Translations under genes and position numbers: made by a program
The notes under the pieces: model-generated
Told to the model about the DNA's origin: nothing
The model's input: only the letters and a program-made list of their open reading frames with translations
Databases searched by the model: none
In this document: positions 60,472-64,000 of the stretch, in pieces
Layout: each line of letters begins with the position of its first letter
Position numbering within the stretch: the stretch's first letter is position 1
Source of the DNA: Macrostomum lignano
Taxonomy: Eukaryota
DNA length: 64,000 nt
Assembly (NCBI GenBank): GCA_002269645.1
Contig: NIVC01000124.1
Location: forward strand, 248,001-312,000
Direction of reading: 5' to 3'

Positions 60472-61355
60472 GGGATCTGGGAGAGCGGCCGCCCAGCAAC
60501 TGAGGATCTGGGAGGCTGGCCCAGCAACTGAGGATCTGGGAGGCTGGCCCAGCAACTGAGGATCTGGGAGGCTGACCCAGCAACTGAGGATCTGGGAGGC
60601 TGGCCCAGCAACTGAGGATCTGGGAGGCTGGCCCAGCAACTGAGGATCTGGGAGGGCGGCCGTCCAGCAACTTAGGATCTGGGAGGCTGGTCCAGCAACT
60701 GAGGATCTGGGAGGCTGGCCCAGCAACTGAGGATCTGGGAGGCTGGCCCAGCAACTGAGGATCTGGGAGGCTGGCCCAGCAACTGAGGATCTGGGAAGCT
60801 TGCTCAGCAACTGACACTCTGGGAGGCTGGCCCAGCAACTGAGGATCTGGGAGGCTGGCCCAGCAACTGAGGATCTGGGAGGCTGGCCCAGCAACTGAGG
60901 ATCTGGGAGGCTGGCCCAGCAACTGAGGATCTGGGAGGCTGGCCCAGCAACTGAGGATCTGGGAGGCTGGCCCAGCAACTGAGGATCTGGGAAGCTTGCT
61001 CAGCAACTGAGGATCTGGGAGGCTGGCCCAGCAACTGAGGATCTGGGAGGCTGGCCCAGCAACTGAGGATCTGGGAGGCTGGCCCAGCAACTGAGGATCT
61101 GGGAGGCTGGCCCAGCAACTGAGGATCTGGGAGGCTGGCTCAGCAACTGAGGATCTGGGAGGCTGGCCCAGCAACTGAGGATCTGGGAGGCTGGCCCAGC
61201 AACTGAGGATCTGGGAGGCTGGCCCAGCAACTGAGGATCTGGGAAGCTGGCCCAGCAACTGAGGATCTGGGAAGCTGGCCCAGCAACTGAGGATCTGAGA
61301 GGCTGGCCCAGCAACTGACACTCTGGGAGGCTGGCCCAGCAACTGAGGATCTGGG
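60472..61355. repeat. 28-bp ggaggctgg minisatellite (unit 4); second array 62815-63515
   Basis: Direct inspection. Confidence 0.93.
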
Positions 61356-61571
61356 CAGTCCATTCCCAGCGGCTACTCTGGACGCTTTGGCTTCGATATT
61401 ACCAATCTATTAATATTTCTGGGTGCCAGGACTGGATTAAGATAGCTGGCCAGCTTCCAGCGCCCTCTCGGTCCGGGAATGTCTCGATCCCGAACTGTGC
61501 AGATGATTTATGGTGCATGTTACAATACGCTGGGGAAAATAGGGATTTCAATGCATCTAATACATGTATAA

Positions 61572-61618
<47 letters not shown>

Positions 61619-61820
61619 GGTCTGCGAAACTGGGTGTTCAAGTCGTCAGATTATGTTTGATAGGATTTCGGGTGCTCAACTGGTGGATTTTTTGTTGCGT
61701 CTGATTTTTGATTGTGGTGTCTTTGTTGTCTTAGCAATTGAGGTTGTTGTTGAAATCGAAGTTTTCGTAGTTTTGAGGTTATTGTTGTTGTTGTTGCTGT
61801 TGTTGTTGTTGAAATTGTGG

Positions 61821-61855
<35 letters not shown>

Positions 61856-61992
61856 GAAATTGAGGCTGTTGTTGTTGTTGTTGTTGTTGTTGTTGCTGCT
61901 GCTGTTGTTGTTGAAATTGAGGTTGCTGTTGTTGTTGAAATTGAGGTTGTTGTTGTTGTTGTTGTTGTTGTTGAAATTCAGGTTGTTGTTGT

Positions 61993-62026
<34 letters not shown>

Positions 62027-62036
62027 GAAATTCAGG

Positions 62037-62068
<32 letters not shown>

Positions 62069-64000
62069 GAAATTGAGGTTGTTGTTGTTGTTGAACTTGA
62101 GGTTGTCATTGTTATTTTTATTGATTTAATTGAGGCTGTTGTTTTTGAAATTGAAGTCGTTGTCGGTGTTGTCGGTGTTGAAATCGAAGTTATTGTTACT
62201 GTTGATGAAATTATAAGTTCTTTGTTATTGTTATTGTTAAAATTGACGTTGCCGTTGTTTTTTTCAATTTGAAGTTGTACTTTTATTATTGTAGGGGTCA
62301 TGTACGGCTGAACCCTTGGCTAACATCAGCGGGCCAAATACAATTTGTCATTAGTACTGTAAGTAACTGTAAGCGCCAGAAACGGCAGGGCAGGAGTAAT
62401 GGGATCAAAAGCAAGGAAAGGTGCACGTGGAAAAAATGGCACAGCGAAGGTGGACAGCTCGATCGGTTTCCGCATTATGCCTTATTTATTTTTATTAGAT
62501 TGTCGTCCAGAGCTTAAAAGTTGTTCCGCAGCAACAGTTGCCGCATAATTTCACCGAAATGCTTTCATATTTCTGCTAACTCTGTCTGTCCTTCACCAGC
62601 TTTTAGAATGATTTGCCATCTTTCTTTGACGGGAGAAGCATCCTCATTGGCCATTCCTTCTAGAAGAAAAAATGCAAAAGCAATTAGCTGCAGATTCCTG
62701 CACTCCAGCCGAAATTGCAATACGATTTATCTTTGCCTCGGCATCAACTGCTGGCTGCTGCCGCCGATACTGACGGGTCCTGTGGAGTTTCATCGCTCTT
62801 TTGAGTCAAGGAGGGTCTGGGAGCTGCGAGGGTGGCGGTAGCTCAGCAACTGAGAATCTGGGAGGCTGGCCCAGCAACTGTAGGAGGATCTTGAAGGCTG
62901 GCCCAGCAACTGAGGATCTGGGAGGCTGGTCCAGCAACTGAGGATTTAGGAGGCTGGCCCAGCAACTGAGGATCTGGGAGGCTGGTCCAGCAACTGAGGA
63001 TTTAGGAGGCTGGCCCAGCAACTGAGGATCTGGGAGGCTGGCCCAGCAACTGAGGATCTGGGAGGCTGGTCCAGCAACTGAGGATTTAGGAGGCTGGCCC
63101 AGCAACTGAGGATCTGGGAGGCTGGCCCAGCAACTGAAGATTTTGGAGGCTGGCTCAGAAACTGAGGATCTGGGAGGCTGGCCCAGCAACTGAGGATCTG
63201 GCTAGCCCAGCAACCGAGAATCTGGGAGGCTGGCCCAACAACTGAGGATCTGGGAGGCTGGCCCAGCAACAGAGAATCTGAGAGGCTAACCCAGCAACTG
63301 AGGATCTGGGAGGCTGGCCCAGCAACTGAAGATTTAGGAGGCTGGAATGGATCAGCAACTGAGGATCTGGGAGGCTGGCCCAGCAACCGAGGATTTGGGA
63401 GGCTGGCCCAGCAACTGAGGATCTGGGAGACTGGATCAGCAACTGAGGATCTGGGAGACTGGATCAGCAACTGAGGATCTGGGAGGCTGGATCAGAAACG
63501 GAGGATCTGGGAGGCTGGTGGCCTAGATAGAAACTGAGAATAATCCAGCGCCCCATCACCGCCTCTCCAGCATCCCCAGCTCAGTCGGCATGGCCGGCCG
63601 CAGCTGCAGCCTGCAGGACTCGCAGGCCCTCCGTGAGGCCTACTCAAGCAGCGAATGCGACTCAACATCTTCATCCTCATCGAGCTCTGAGAGCCTCTCC
63701 AGCTGCAGCAGCAGCGACTCTGAGGGATCCGACGATTGCTCAGCTTCCTCGAGTGCTTCATCAACGTCTTCATCCTCCTTCGAAGGATCGGTTCAGGTCG
63801 ACAGCGTGTCGACAGATCGCCGCCCCGACTCCGATCAGTTGAGTTTCATCGATTTGCGAGGCGCCAGGAGGCGCCAAGATCGGCGCCAAGATCGGCGCCA
63901 AGATCGGCGCCCGCTGAGCGCGCTGTCAGAGGAGTCCACCGAGAGTGGCGACGGCAGCGCTTCGGCGTCAGCTGCTGCTGCATCGGCAGCAGCGGCAGCA

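Larger units (their letters stand above)
58878..64000. repeat. Tandem segmental unit 4 (partial, runs off window end)
   Basis: Same unique anchors and arrays as 90-4600. Confidence 0.93.

Overview
Eukaryotic (invertebrate-like) genomic DNA with spliced genes and minisatellite-packed introns. The style is reminiscent of the flatworm Macrostomum, but that is an unverified impression. The window is about 3.3 direct tandem copies of a 16.6-18.6 kb unit, with approximate boundaries at 90, 24021, 40670 and 58878. Each complete unit carries three components. (i) An intact 7-exon, 647-aa single-domain angiotensin-converting-enzyme-like M2 metallopeptidase gene on the minus strand (ACE-A; HEMGH + EAIGD zinc motifs, signal peptide, hydrophobic C-terminal tail). 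(ii) A divergently oriented ACE paralog (ACE-B) of which only exons 1-2 and a stop-containing start of exon 3 are visible, altered differently in each unit. (iii) About a dozen distinct micro/minisatellite families in fixed order. Unit 1 also contains a young 5.3-kb Ty3/Gypsy LTR retrotransposon (4-bp TSD, tRNA-Leu PBS, -1 frameshift heptamer plus pseudoknot, one in-frame TAG in the integrase C-terminus); its empty site is visible in unit 2. Most notable: the ACE copies keep all zinc ligands but lack the Gln and Lys that bind the substrate C-terminal carboxylate in classical ACE, and complementary (GACA)n/(TGTC)n arrays bracket an in-frame-skippable exon pair. All exon models were built by eye from splice signals and remembered family motifs; no searches were run.
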